Origin: Octopus vulgaris
Taxonomy: Eukaryota
Assembly (NCBI GenBank): GCA_951406725.2
Contig: OX597817.1
Span: 102,920,001 to 102,984,000 of the forward strand
DNA length: 64,000 nucleotides
Reading direction: 5' to 3'
Part shown: piece after piece, positions 12,544 to 25,304 of the stretch
Layout of the letters: each line of letters starts with the position of its first letter
Numbering within the stretch: position 1 is the stretch's first letter
Position numbers and translations under genes: made by a program
The notes under the pieces: generated by a model
What the model was told of the DNA's origin: nothing
Database searches by the model: none
The model's input: the letters and a program-made list of their open reading frames with translations, nothing else

Positions 12544-13105
12544 TGGCGAGCTGGCAGAAACGTTAGCACGCCGGGCGAAATGCGTAGCCGTATTTCGTCT
12601 GCCGTTACGTTCTGAGTTCAAATTCCGCCGAGGTCGACTTTGCCTTAAGTACCAGTTACGCACTGGGGTCGATATAATTGATTTAATCCGTCTGTCTGTC
12701 CTTGTTTGTCCCCTCTGTGTTTAGCCCCTTGTGGGTAGTAAAGAAATAGGTATTTGGTCTGTCGTTACGTTCTGAGTTCAAATTCCGCCAAGGTTGACTT
12801 TGCTTGTCATCCTTTCGGGGTCGATTAAATAAGTACCAGTTACGCACTGGGGTCGATGTAATCGACTTAATCCGTTTGTCTGTCCTTGTTTGTCCTCTCT
12901 GTGTTTAGCCCCTTGTGGGTAGTAAAGAAATAGAAATAGGTATTTCGTCTGTCGTTACGTTCTGAGTTCAAATTCCGCCGAGGTCAACTTTGCCTTTCAT
13001 CCTTTCGGGGTCGGTAAATAAAGTACCAGTTGCGTACTGGGGTCGATCTAATCAACTGGCGCCCTCCCCCCAAAATTTCGGGCCTTGTGCCTAGAGAAGA
13101 AAAGT
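12544..13105 (+). mobile_element. SINE family B with tandemly reiterated ~190-bp body (3 units)
   Basis: gttacgttctgagttcaaattccgcc...ggggtcgat recurs at ~12604, ~12764 and ~12954. Confidence 0.85.
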
Positions 13106-13677
13106 ATATGTTCTACACATGATTTGGATGGGGAGAGTAAATTGTATTGACTGTGGTACTGGTCGAGGACCGTTGATTAGATTTGAGCAGAACGTGTACG
13201 AGAGACGCTATACAAAGTCAGGTGTACTGGGGTGCATCTTAGATTTTAATGCTAAGTGAGAGTGAAACACTTTGCGCAGACAACAGCAACGTTCTTGTAT
13301 ACTATGCTGTAGCTCTTTAGTTCGAACTATTGGCATCTCTTTGCTTCGAGAGATGTAACGCAGTCATAATGGCAGTATACAAACCATTAATCCGGTTATT
13401 TTGTAGATATGTCTAACTGAGCTTACTGCAGTCAGTACCAGTTATTCACGGAGTTCGACGCTTCTGACGAAGCTTTTTTCACCACTGCTTATTTTCATTA
13501 AGACGATATTCTTCACTGTAAATATACCTTTTAAATGAGTCAACACCAGTGGTCTCTATCGCCGACTTCTTTTCTCTCCCCACGTCCGTTTTGATTGCAT
13601 GACAATACTGTTCTTTTCAAATTTATTTCCTCTCATTTTATCTTGCTACAAACATGGACATATTTTGATTGAGCTCT

Positions 13678-13679
13678 TT

Positions 13680-13727
<48 letters not shown>

Positions 13728-13728
13728 T
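13678..13728. repeat. (CTTT)n microsatellite
   Basis: Direct tandem repeat. Confidence 0.95.
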
Positions 13729-14579
13729 TGCCATCTGCTTGTCAATTTTAGGAGTTAGAAGAGGCAGATTTCAATGACATCCGTTTGTTTTAATCTGCTG
13801 ACTGTTTCCCAAATGACATCAACACAATGACACTGTTTGTGCTTAACTTACATCGTCTTTTCAAATGACGCACAATAGCACCGTTTGTACTAACACGACG
13901 TGTGTATTTCTTAGCCAAAATGACATAGTTAATGAATACATTTAGCAGAAAAAAATTTTGTACTCGTAGATTTTTTAATTATAACAACTGTACAAGATAG
14001 TTTTTTAATGTGTTCAATTTCCAAAATGTACATAAGAATAAACAACCTTAGAGATGATCATGTACGGGAATAAGAAAGCGTATATTGACCTGAAAAAGTA
14101 CCTGAATATAAAGAGTGTAGGTTATGGGAAGAGATATTTCTATAAAGCAGGATTACTTTTAATAAATAATATGTTAACACCAACGTTCCATTTATATTTT
14201 GAATGATGAATATGTTGTAATGTGTGTGTATTGTATGTATATGTCAAACAAAGCCCTGTGTTTGCACAAAATTCTATGGCTAATGCTTACTTATGACAAC
14301 CATAAGTAGGTTTTTAAATTTTTTGAACAGGGGCCAACATTAGACGTCACTAATGTAATTGACAGAAAGTTGAACAAACTTCTTTACAGCGACACAGCGA
14401 GTAGAATGTTTTGGTTATTTAGCTGGTTCTCTCCATAATTTAAGTTTCAATCCCATCGAAATCGACAATGTATTTTGTCTTGTCGGGGTTAATTAAAAAA
14501 GGGTCGGTCATGTAATGGCGTTCATTAAATCGACTGAACACTGCTTTACTCCCAAATTTCTAGGTATGTGTCTAAACTG

Positions 14580-15874
14580 TTAGGTCATCAAGTATGACAT
14601 TTGTAGAAAAGAAAAAAAGTTTGCTAATGTTTTATAAGTATAAGTAATAGTTTTATTCATCAAAGTATACACCCATATTGTCAATACACTTTTGCCATTT
14701 CAGCGGTAGCTTGTCCAGCCCGGAACTGTAAAAGACTGGCAATCTACAGAGAATAAAATCTTGGAAGGCCTGTTTTACAGCATCGTCGGAATTAAATGTT
14801 TTTCCTATCAAAAAGTTATCCAAATTCTTGAAGAAGTGGTAGTCAGTGGCGACAAAATCAGGTGAGTATGGTGGATGATGGAGAACTTCCAACTCCAACT
14901 CCTGTAGTTTTGCCAATGTCATTTTTGCGATGTGTGGTCTGTCGTTGTCTTGCAATAAAATAGAAGTGGATCTGTTGACTAATCTAGGCTGTTTTTTTTT
15001 TTTTGTAAGTTTCTTCATCATTTGGTTCAGTTGGCTTCAATATACTTCGGCCGTGATTTTTGATGAGCCAGGTTTAATGAAATCAAACTGGATCACACCT
15101 GCACCAGACCACCAAACACACACTATCAACTTTTTTTGATGAATTTTGCTTTTTGGACTGTGTTTTGGTGGCTCGACTTTGTCCAACCATTGTGCTGAAC
15201 GTTTAGGGTTGTTGCATTGGATCCATTTCTCATCACATGTTACAATTCGATTCAAAAATGATTCATTTTTGTGACGAAGAAGTAACATAATGCAGGCTTC
15301 AAAACGTTCCTGTTTCTGATTTTCATTAAGTTCATATGGAACCCACTTATCCAACTTTTTCACTTTACCGATTTGAACTAGGTGAGTCAATATTGTTTGC
15401 TTGCTAACACCAAACAATAATGATAATTCACGGGTACTTTGAGGGGGATCTGACTCGACGGTGGCTTTCAGTTTGTCATTATCCACTTTTGTTTCTGGTC
15501 GACCGCGTTGCTCATTTGTGAGGTCAAAGTTACCAGAACGAAATTTTGAAAACCAATTTGATACTGTCTGTTTTGTAATAGAATTAAAATGAAATACTCC
15601 ATTAATATTCTGAGCTGTCTGTGATGCTGTATTTTCAAGAAAGAACTCATATTTCAAAACTGTACGAATTTCCGACTTAGCCACATCTAAATAGAAATAG
15701 CGAAAAACGAATTATAAATACTTTATAAAGCGCAAAATGAGCTAGAATAAAGAAATAGATGTGTCAGCTTTCTAACAAAAAATAAAGATTGTCAAAATAT
15801 AATAATGGCGCAAAATGAGCAGCTGTCAAAGTTTACCATATACCGTACTACAAATTTCATACTTGACGACCTAA
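14580..15874 (-). mobile_element. Mariner (DD34D) transposon, full length, nested in a SINE B tail
   Basis: TIRs ttaggtcatcaagtatgacatttgtag / ctacaaatttcatacttgacgacctaa; TA on the right side, TG on the left. Confidence 0.93.
14653..15684 (-). pseudogene. Mariner transposase interrupted by one in-frame stop (15037-15039)
   Basis: ORFs 15037-15684 and 14653-15021 are in the same frame; WVPYEL, TCDEKW, QDNDRPH and YSPDFVATD motifs. Confidence 0.92.
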
Positions 15875-17019
15875 TAGAAATCAATATTATTTTCTCTGCT
15901 TAAGCATTTGAAATTTAACAATGTTTACGGTTTATTGAAATTTCTAGTCGATCAAGTTACACTTGAGAAAATATATGTTGTTTAGTCCCAGGTCAACTAT
16001 AATCCAAGAGACCTCTCCATATAAAAGACGGTATAGTGTGATTTGGATGAGAGTTGGATGCTATCTCTAACAGGTCGAGTGATCATGTAGAAGTGCTCTT
16101 GTTGACTCTTGATCATTTAATACAAGTTTGAGTAGTGAACGTCTCACCACTTGGGTGCCTTTAACGATGTTCACGCTGTTGCAAGTATTCTAGTCAGGCA
16201 TCTGCTCTGAGAATAACTTAGAAGCCCTGAAAAGAGTCATTGGCCCTGCATCTTTACCTCTGACTAAGCTATTAGGTAAAAGGTATTATTTCTACAAACC
16301 CCCGCTCGTGAGTTTTATACGAAAGACAGATTATCGCCTAATATTGATTTATTGCGTAGTCAAAAGGTCTCAGGATAAGAAAAAATGAAACTGTATAATG
16401 ATCACGACTTGTGGGTATTAGAGACGTAAATGAAAATGGTTTTGGTATTTATCAATGGTATTTTCTTTATGAATGTAAGGCAGGCAATGAATGCATACGA
16501 TATAAAATGAATGTGAAAATAAATTTGATTTTTATATGTATCTTTTATTTATATGATATCTTGAAAAATGGTACATGTACTCCTTTTCAATTATGTAGCT
16601 TTGATTTTTATAACAGCATGGTCTGGCTTATGTAACAGGAATCGCCATTTCGGGATGGAAACTGCATTGCAGGCTTGATTTTCTTAATGCTCACCTCTTC
16701 TATGTAGTAGTCGGCTTGTTGTCGCCAACATTTGTCTGTCTGTCTTAGATAGGAATATGTAAGAGAGGGTAGATAAAACTGTGTGACTTTTATCCTTGAT
16801 TCAACGATGTTAGCGGCATATATGTTATGAAAGTGTATCATCCGCGAATCGTAATAGGCTTATTGGCTCGGCTAGTCGGGAGTCTGTTATTAATCCACTG
16901 CCTCTAAATACTGGGACCAATATAATTGGCTGTACTCCTTTACAATTTAAGGCTTTATACTTAATTTAGAAATTATTATTACTATTAGCAAGATAAACAT
17001 TTTGTTGTTGTTGTTGTTT

Positions 17020-17255
17020 GGTTAAGTCTGGTACTTATTCTATCGGTCTCTTTTGCCGAATCGCTAAGTTACGGATGCGTAAACACACCAACACCGGTTA
17101 TCAAGCAGTGGTGGGGGACAAACACACACACACACACGATAGGATTCTTTCAGTTTTCGTCTACCAAATCCACTTACAAGGACCGAGGGTATAGTAGAGA
17201 ATGAACCCGGAACCATGTGGTTGGGAAGCAAACTTTTTACTACACATCCACGCCT
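17020..17255 (-). mobile_element. SINE family A, partial
   Basis: Matches family A central and head segments. Confidence 0.75.
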
Positions 17256-17264
17256 AGAGTTATA

Positions 17265-18446
17265 TTGGGTCATCCCATAAATAGTGCGGTTTTTTATACT
17301 TCTTTCATTTCTTCAAAATTAAGATAAAGGAAGTTCTTTTTTAATCTGAAATATACTCACCTTCATTTTCTACAATGCTCTTCCATCTATGTGGTAATCT
17401 TGCAATTCTCCTCTTCCAATATTCTCTTGTTCATGACAAAAAATATTCCTCCAGTACTGTTCTGACCTCGTCTACAGTATTCATATTTTTTCCGTTCAAA
17501 TGTTTTTCAATACTGCGGAATAAATGATAATCAGATGGGGCAATGTCCGGCGAATATGGTGGGTGGGGCATCGTTTCCCATTCAAACTGCTCCAGCCTTT
17601 GGAATGTCATCCTCGCTGTATGTTGCTGAGCATTATCCTAATGGAAGAACACCTTTCGTCTTGAAATCTAAGATGGTTATTTTTCTTCTAGTGCTGACTA
17701 AACGTTTCATATCCCGCCAAACAGAAAACAACACCTCACGTGGTGACGACCTTTCTTAGCCTGAGGTGTCGGTGTTTCTGCTTTTCCTACCCACTGTCTT
17801 CGGCTCTTGACACTTTTATAGAGAACCCATTTCTCGTCATCAGTCACTATTCGGTCCAAAAAAGGTTCATTCGTGAGACGTGACAGCGAAGAAGAGCACA
17901 CATTCACTCTCTGCGCACGATTAGACTCGGGAAGTTTGTGAAGAACCCATTGACCTAATTTGCTGACTATTCCGATGGCACACAGGTGTCGATGAATGGT
18001 TGAATGACCAAATCCAAGTTTCTCTGCTAGTTCTTCAACAGTTATGATGGGATTTTATTCCACCAGAGTTTGCAGGATGTCCTCGTCGAGCTGTACAGAT
18101 CTTCTAGAATGAGGCTCATCATCTAGGCTGTAGCTTCCGGCTCGGAATTTCTGAAACCATAGTTGACACTGGCTTACGCTTATTGTCCGATCCCCATATA
18201 CTGCATTAATATTCCTCGCACTTTCCGTTGCGTTGTTGCCTTTATTAAACTCATAAAGCAAAATATGCCGAATGTGATCCTTTATCACTTCCAGTAGCTT
18301 TGAAAAAATAACTGTTAAAATCGAACTGCACTCTTCAAAACTTGCACCAGGAATAAGTAAAAAGGAAAATTACTACCTACTTTTATAGCAAGTTGAGGCA
18401 GGTAGTTATCCCGTGAAAAAAAACCATTATTTATGGGTTGACCCAA
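17265..18446 (-). mobile_element. Mariner family 2, decayed
   Basis: TIRs ttgggtcatcccataaat / atttatgggttgacccaa with TA flanks; fragments HIRHILLYEFNKG and VTDDEKWVLY; same family as 53371-54652. Confidence 0.92.
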
Positions 18447-18636
18447 TATATTAACGAATCTTCACCGTGACAGATTTATTGCAATTTGACTATTTAAAGT
18501 TCTACAAATCTTGGCGAAGTTGATTTTATTTTATATTTTATTTTGAAGATGATAAAATTGTGGAAATATAGTCACAGCAAAAATCACAAGTTTTGCTTTA
18601 AAAAAAAAAGCCAGAGGATTACGTTAAACTATCATT

Positions 18637-19100
18637 TACCTTTTACTTGTTTCAGTCATTGGACTGCAGCCATACTGAAGTACCGCCTTGAAGGGTTTAG
18701 TTCAGTGTTTCTCAACCATTTTTTACCTATGGACCCCCTTCGATTCCCACTTTACTCTACTGGACTCATTCAATATTAAAAAAAAAAAACATTTATCATT
18801 AAATATTATTATAAATTGTATTTTTATTTATTTATTGGAAATTGTATAAAAAAATTTGTGTATTGAAGGGATATAGCTGATTCATTACGCATTTTTTAGC
18901 AGCAAAACCCTAATATGGACCCCGATTGAGAACCACTGGTTTAGTCGATAAAATTGACCCCAGTATTTATCTTCTTTTAAGTCTCGTAGTTATTCTATTG
19001 GTTCTTTTGCTGAATTGTTGAGCCGCGCAGTGGGACTGAACCTGAAACCACATAGTTGCGAAGCCCGAGCTTCATAACTACACAGGCATGCCTGCGCCTA
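18637..19100 (-). mobile_element. SINE family A hosting a hAT MITE
   Basis: SINE sequence resumes on both sides of 18703-18938. Confidence 0.75.
18703..18938. mobile_element. hAT-type MITE with 8-bp TSD
   Basis: TIRs cagtgtttctcaac / ttgagaaccactg; TSD gtttagtt (18695-18702) and gtttagtc (18939-18946). Confidence 0.88.
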
Positions 19101-19218
19101 TCTATCCACACGCGCGCGCGGACGCACACACATATACATACATAACAGTTAAAGTAATTAAATATATATTTTAGTTCACTCATTATCTGACGCAAAACTT
19201 GTACATAATGGAAATATA

Positions 19219-19470
19219 CAATTCGTTGCTATTATGTTAAACTGTCGTATGTCCAAATTTGGCCAAATGCGTTTTTTTTTTTCAATATTTATTTTTGCTT
19301 GCAATAGCCAGTTCTTTTGGTCAAACTATCGTATCTCCAGCTGCTTCAGACGCCAAGATATCTAAAGTGTAGTGCAACGGTTTTGCTATGGAATGGTGAA
19401 GCTATTTTGTCGCTTTCTTAAAAAGCAACGTTTTGGACTTACGACACTTTTGCATAATAGCAACGAATTG
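19219..19470. mobile_element. MITE with ~30-bp imperfect TIRs
   Basis: caattcgttgctattatg...gtcgta / tacgac...cataatagcaacgaattg. Confidence 0.8.
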
Positions 19471-19474
19471 TTTC

Positions 19475-19690
19475 TAATTAGGCACAAGACTAGATATTTT
19501 GGGAGGAGGTAGTTAGTTGATATCATCAACGTCAGTGCTAGGCTAGTATTTTATTTCATCGACCCTGGAAGGAAGAAAGGCAACGTCAATCTCGGTGAGA
19601 CCTGCATTCAGAATACAAAAAGCCGGAAGAAATACCACAAATCATTTTATCCGACGTGCTAATGATTCAGTCAGCTCGCTGCCGCCTAAA
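19475..19690 (-). mobile_element. SINE family B, degenerate
   Basis: Ends in cagctcgctgcc (rc of head). Confidence 0.7.
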
Positions 19691-20378
19691 TAAGAATAAT
19701 AATTCTGTTAAGAAACGGTGAAACTCGAAGCAGATAAAGCTATAAATAATAGTGTCTAAATATTGTGTTAAAAATCTTTTGGATAGAAAAGTCGAAGGCT
19801 GCTCATTATAGGGGTTTTACTACTGAACCAAAGCAATCCTTCGAATTTCTCTATTCATTCAGAAACAATTCTTAACAGCGACAATTGCTTTTGTTGAGGT
19901 CAGAATTTAAAACGTTCTAGAAGTTTCTAACTTCTTATGACGTCAACTATAATAATAATAATAATTTATTCTATGATTAGCCACAAGGACTCACATAAAA
20001 TAATATTTGTTGATTTTAAATGTATTTTTTCTTTCTCTGTTACAGTGTACAATGGAATATTGGATAATCCTTCTTATTTATATAATCGCCATGTTTCTGT
20101 TGATATCTGGTTGGCAATATTATGGCACGCGGCTAGACAGGAGTACATCGTCAATCAGTTGCAGCAGCCTTCAGTCTAGTAAGTATTAAGATATTATTGC
20201 TGTTCTTGGTTCATCGAGGAGTTTGGAGTTTGAAAATATATACTAATCATGCTCGTACCTTCATTAACCGTTCAAAGAGAAATTCTTTTTTTAAAGTCTG
20301 TGTTGCGTTGTCTTCGTGTTGAAAGACAAAACACACACGCACAAACAAACAACCCCAAAATAACTACATATATATATA

Positions 20379-20940
20379 TTGGGTTGTTCGGAAAGTTCGT
20401 GCCGATTTATAGTAGCTTACCTTTCGACTTATTTTAGAACATGGTTGAATCCATAAAATAGGATTTGACTACTTCTCCATTTAGAGCACAGTTTAAGCTA
20501 TCCTTTCGTGGAAGAAGGTTTATGTTCCTATAACCTGTGTTAATTCTGTAACCCTTTAAAATGGAAGATAAGGAAGTTCATTTTCGGCACTTGATGCTTT
20601 GGGAACCAGACAAAGATTGCTGCAGCTCGGCTGGGATGTGTTACTCCACCCTCCATATTCACCAGATATTGCTCCTTCGGATTTCCACTTATTCAGGTCT
20701 CTGTAGAATAATCTTAATGGTAAAAATTTCAATTCCTTGGATGACGTAAAAAGATAGCTTGATGAATTCTTTGCCATGAAACCCCCTCAATTCTGGGAAG
20801 AGGGTATTTTCAATTTAAAGAAAAGATGGAGACGCATTGTGCAACAAAATGGTTCATATTTGGTTGATTAAAAATGTAATGGCAAGTATTTATTGACCTT
20901 TTTCTTTCCTTTAAAAATCGGCACGAACTATCCGAACAAC

Positions 20941-20944
<4 letters not shown>
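20379..20944 (+). mobile_element. Internally deleted mariner (MITE-like)
   Basis: TIRs ttgggttgttcgga..gttcgtgccgattt; N-terminal MEDKEVHFRHLML fused to C-terminal LHPPYSPDIAPSDFHLF; inserted in a (TA)n tract. Confidence 0.9.
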
Positions 20945-20982
<38 letters not shown>

Positions 20983-21159
20983 CACTGTACCACAAATGCC
21001 TAAGTTGATATCCTTTACTCCTGACATAACTTTGTTTGCAACCGAATTGATAGCTGACGTAAATGGGGGAAGTTAGCCCGATGTTAAACAAAACAACACC
21101 TTATAGATTATTTTGTTTTATTCTGTTATTTTTTAGCAATACTTAATGTTTAATTAGTT

Positions 21160-21350
21160 AAGGCAGCGCGCTGGCAGGATCGTTAGCACGCCGGATAAAA
21201 TCGTTAGCGGCATTTCGTTCGGCTTTATGTTCTGAATTTAAATTCCGCCAAGGTCGGTTTTAACTTTCATCATTTCGGGGTCGATAAAATAAGTACCAGT
21301 TGAGCATTGGGGTCGATGTAATCGACTAGCCTTCACCCCGCAAGTTTCAG
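21160..21350 (+). mobile_element. SINE family B
   Basis: Head ggcagcgcgctggcagga, Meta-like domain. Confidence 0.85.
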
Positions 21351-21974
21351 TTGAAAAAAATAAAATGTTTAATTGGATGGAGTTGGGAGTTCAAAATGGG
21401 TGTGTGAGGGGAAGGTAAAGATACAACTCTTAAATCATATAAGTGTTGTGACGTATCCTTTATCTAAATTTTATTTCAAATCCCACCCATTACATAGATA
21501 ATGCTGTGTATACACATACGCACAACATTCACAGAGGGATAGAGAAAGAGAGAGAGGGATGGAGAGAGAGAGAGAGAGCAGAAGTTGCATAAGAGAGATT
21601 TAAAACTTAATTCTAATCTACTTTATTATACAAATTTTAAAAACCACACTACTTGAAATCGGTAACAATTATAGTAATAATCCCCAAGTTGCTGTAATGA
21701 ATAAAACTGCGCTAAGCTGGAAGAGTAAAGAATGAGCCTGCTCTTCGTGGTCGATTGACTTGCTAAAAACAGCACATAAAAATCTATATTTCTCAAATTA
21801 CATAAAAATTGAGAGGACACGTTGGATAATGTATTCCTAGTTACATTATGTCTGAAAATAAATGACATTTACTGATGAGGTGGTTCTGTACCCTGAGTAC
21901 TGCCAGATTTTACCTATATATATATATATATATATAAACCAGCTTAGAGAAGAAGAAGAAACGAAACGAAACGA

Positions 21975-22590
21975 ATCGAATCGACGCGAGGGCGCTCAGT
22001 CATACAATAGTGTAATAAATAAAATATATGCATACATACAAACATATATGTACGTACCTACATCTACATGTATATATACATGCATATATAAATATATATA
22101 TACGTGTGTACATGACACCACAAATAGACGTAGAACTCAACGAGAAACGAAAAGTAAAAACACCATGGAACGGACCATTTTTTTAACAACGAAAAAACAG
22201 AGTACAAGACAACTACACAAGAAAAAATCCCCTTCATCAGCTGTCCCTAGTTCAACTCCAGCGTGTTTCGAAGGTGAGGACAGAACACGTCTCGTCGAAC
22301 TAATCCTTCCAGCAAAAGAATTAAATAAAATTCCTTTGCAGAGGGGTAAAAACATGGAAAAAAATATGACAAAAACAGGACGTAAAAACAAAACAATTAA
22401 AAACAAATACAAAATAAAAATACAATTACAAAAAATACAGTACAAGAAGGATTAGAAACAGGACAGGAAAACAAATAATGAGGGCCTATAAGCCTAGACG
22501 AGGAAAATATTTTTTCACGAGCGCAGGAAGAAACATGTTTACTTGAAGAAGGCCGCCAGCGAAAGGAAGTTCGTCGACCCGGCTGTGAGA
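21975..22590 (-). mobile_element. Penelope-like non-autonomous repeat fragment
   Basis: Minus strand carries GAAAC...CTGATGAAGGG hammerhead half-motifs at 22229-22272 amid A-rich terminal sequence; no recognisable RT or GIY-YIG ORF. Confidence 0.45.
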
Positions 22591-22592
22591 GA

Positions 22593-22655
<63 letters not shown>

Positions 22656-22660
22656 GTGTA

Positions 22661-23667
<1,007 letters not shown>

Positions 23668-23679
23668 ATATATATACGC

Positions 23680-24235
23680 ATTCTTTTACTCTTTATTCGC
23701 TTATTTGTTTCATTCATTTGACTGTGGGCATGCTGGAGCCCCATCTTGATGGGTTTTAGTCCAACAAATCGACCCCAGCATTTATTTCTTAAACCTAGTA
23801 CTTATTCTATCGGTGTCTTTTGCCGAACCGCTAAGTTGCAGGGACGTAAACACACCAACACCGGATGTCAAGGGGTGATGGGGGAACAAAGACTCACAAA
23901 TAAATATATATACTTATATATACATATATACGACGGGCGTCTTTCAATTTCCCTCTACCAAATCTACTCACAAGGCTTTGGTTTACCCGAGGCTATGGTA
24001 GAAGCAATTTGCCCAAGGTACAACTAAGTGGGACTGAACCCGGAACTATGTAATTGGGAAGCAAGCTTCTTAACACAGCCACGCCATGTGCATACGACGA
24101 GCTTCTTTCAGTTTCCGTCTACCAAATCCACTCATAATGCTTTGGTCGGCCGGGGGCTATATTAAAAGATACTTTCCCAGGTACCATACAATGGGAACCA
24201 GGACCATGTAATTGGGAAACAAACTTCTTATCACG
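23680..24235 (-). mobile_element. Two adjacent SINE family A copies
   Basis: Full copy ~23680-24087 and head-only copy ~24093-24235. Confidence 0.8.
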
Positions 24236-24274
24236 CTCATGCATGCATATACATGTGTGTGTGTGTGTGTCTGT

Positions 24275-24322
<48 letters not shown>

Positions 24323-24505
24323 ATGTTATACTAAATGTATATATATTATACTAAATCTCAAAGTTTGTTTTCCTGCCATTTGATCAAGAGTGGAATTTGT
24401 TCAACAGAAACTATGCAGGAACTCGTCGTATATGTGTGTTAGTGTCTACATTTTTTATACATTATTTACATTCGACGGATATTTGTCCTCATCTTGTTTG
24501 TTGTT

Positions 24506-24551
24506 AACACAACGTTTCGGCTGATATAGCCTCCAGCCTTCTTCAGGTACC
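24506..24551 (-). ncRNA. Second copy of the hammerhead motif
   Basis: rc reads GGTAC-CTGAAGA-A-GGCTG...CAGCC-GAAACGTT-GTGTT. Confidence 0.65.
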
Positions 24552-24724
24552 TTGGGGAAATTTCGAACCTGGGTTCTCATTCCTAAGGTATTTTTCGATG
24601 TTGTTGTTGTTGTTGTTATTATTATTATTAATATTATCATTATTATTAAGGTCAGTGCTTGGAATCGTACTCGGAATCTTGGGGTTAGTAGCCCGCGCTC
24701 TTAATCACTACGAAATTTCCCCAA

Positions 24725-24770
24725 GGCACCTGAAGAAGGCTGGAAGCTATATCAGCCGAAACGTTGTGTT
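24725..24770 (+). ncRNA. Minimal type I hammerhead ribozyme motif (PLE-type)
   Basis: GGCAC-CTGAAGA-A-GGCTG-loop-CAGCC-GAAAC-GTT-GTGTT: conserved core, 5-bp helix II, palindromic AACGTT helix III, helix I with G-U pairs. Confidence 0.7.
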
Positions 24771-25304
24771 AACAACAAACAAGATGAGGACAAATATCCG
24801 TCGAATGTAAATAATGAAAATAATGTACATAATTCCTCATCTCTTAAATATAGAACTGTACATTTTTTATGTTTGTGTTAATCAGTGTATCTAAAATATA
24901 ACGGGACGGGTGGATAAACGTAAATCGAATAAAAAAGGGCGATGCTTGTATGTAACTTGCACTTTCTGTTTATCGAAGTGTATCTGGTACTGGGGTAAAT
25001 TCGAAGTTTGACATTTGTCAGTGTCGTAGCTAAAACAATACTGAAATTTAAACCATTGAGTTTTGAAACCTCTGACTCCCTATCAAATTTCTTTGGTTTA
25101 TATTGCGTCAGAATTTGCTGATTTGGTCTAATTCCAGTGCCATTGTTCTGAAGAGGCAGTAGAGATTCATAGGTCACATTCACATTTACTTTATTGGCAT
25201 TTTCGTCATTTGGAATATTTTCAGATTTAGAAGAACCGGGCTCTATAAATATTTTAGTGGATGCAGGTACTGCTAATGTCAACATAGTTGTTCTTGTTGA
25301 ACAA

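Larger units (their letters stand above)
24459..24858 (-). mobile_element. tRNA-headed, hammerhead-bearing non-autonomous retroelement with inverted terminal duplication and 12-bp TSD
   Basis: TSD tacattttttat at 24447-24458 and 24859-24870; tRNA-like head 24650-24712 (-); (AAT)n/(AAC)n linker; PLE-type terminus 24459-24598 (-) and inverted copy 24711-24858 (+). Confidence 0.8.

Noticed and set aside
21862-22455. 197-aa Lys-rich ORF
   Set aside because: Runs through (TA)n and the A-rich strand of a repeat; no domain.
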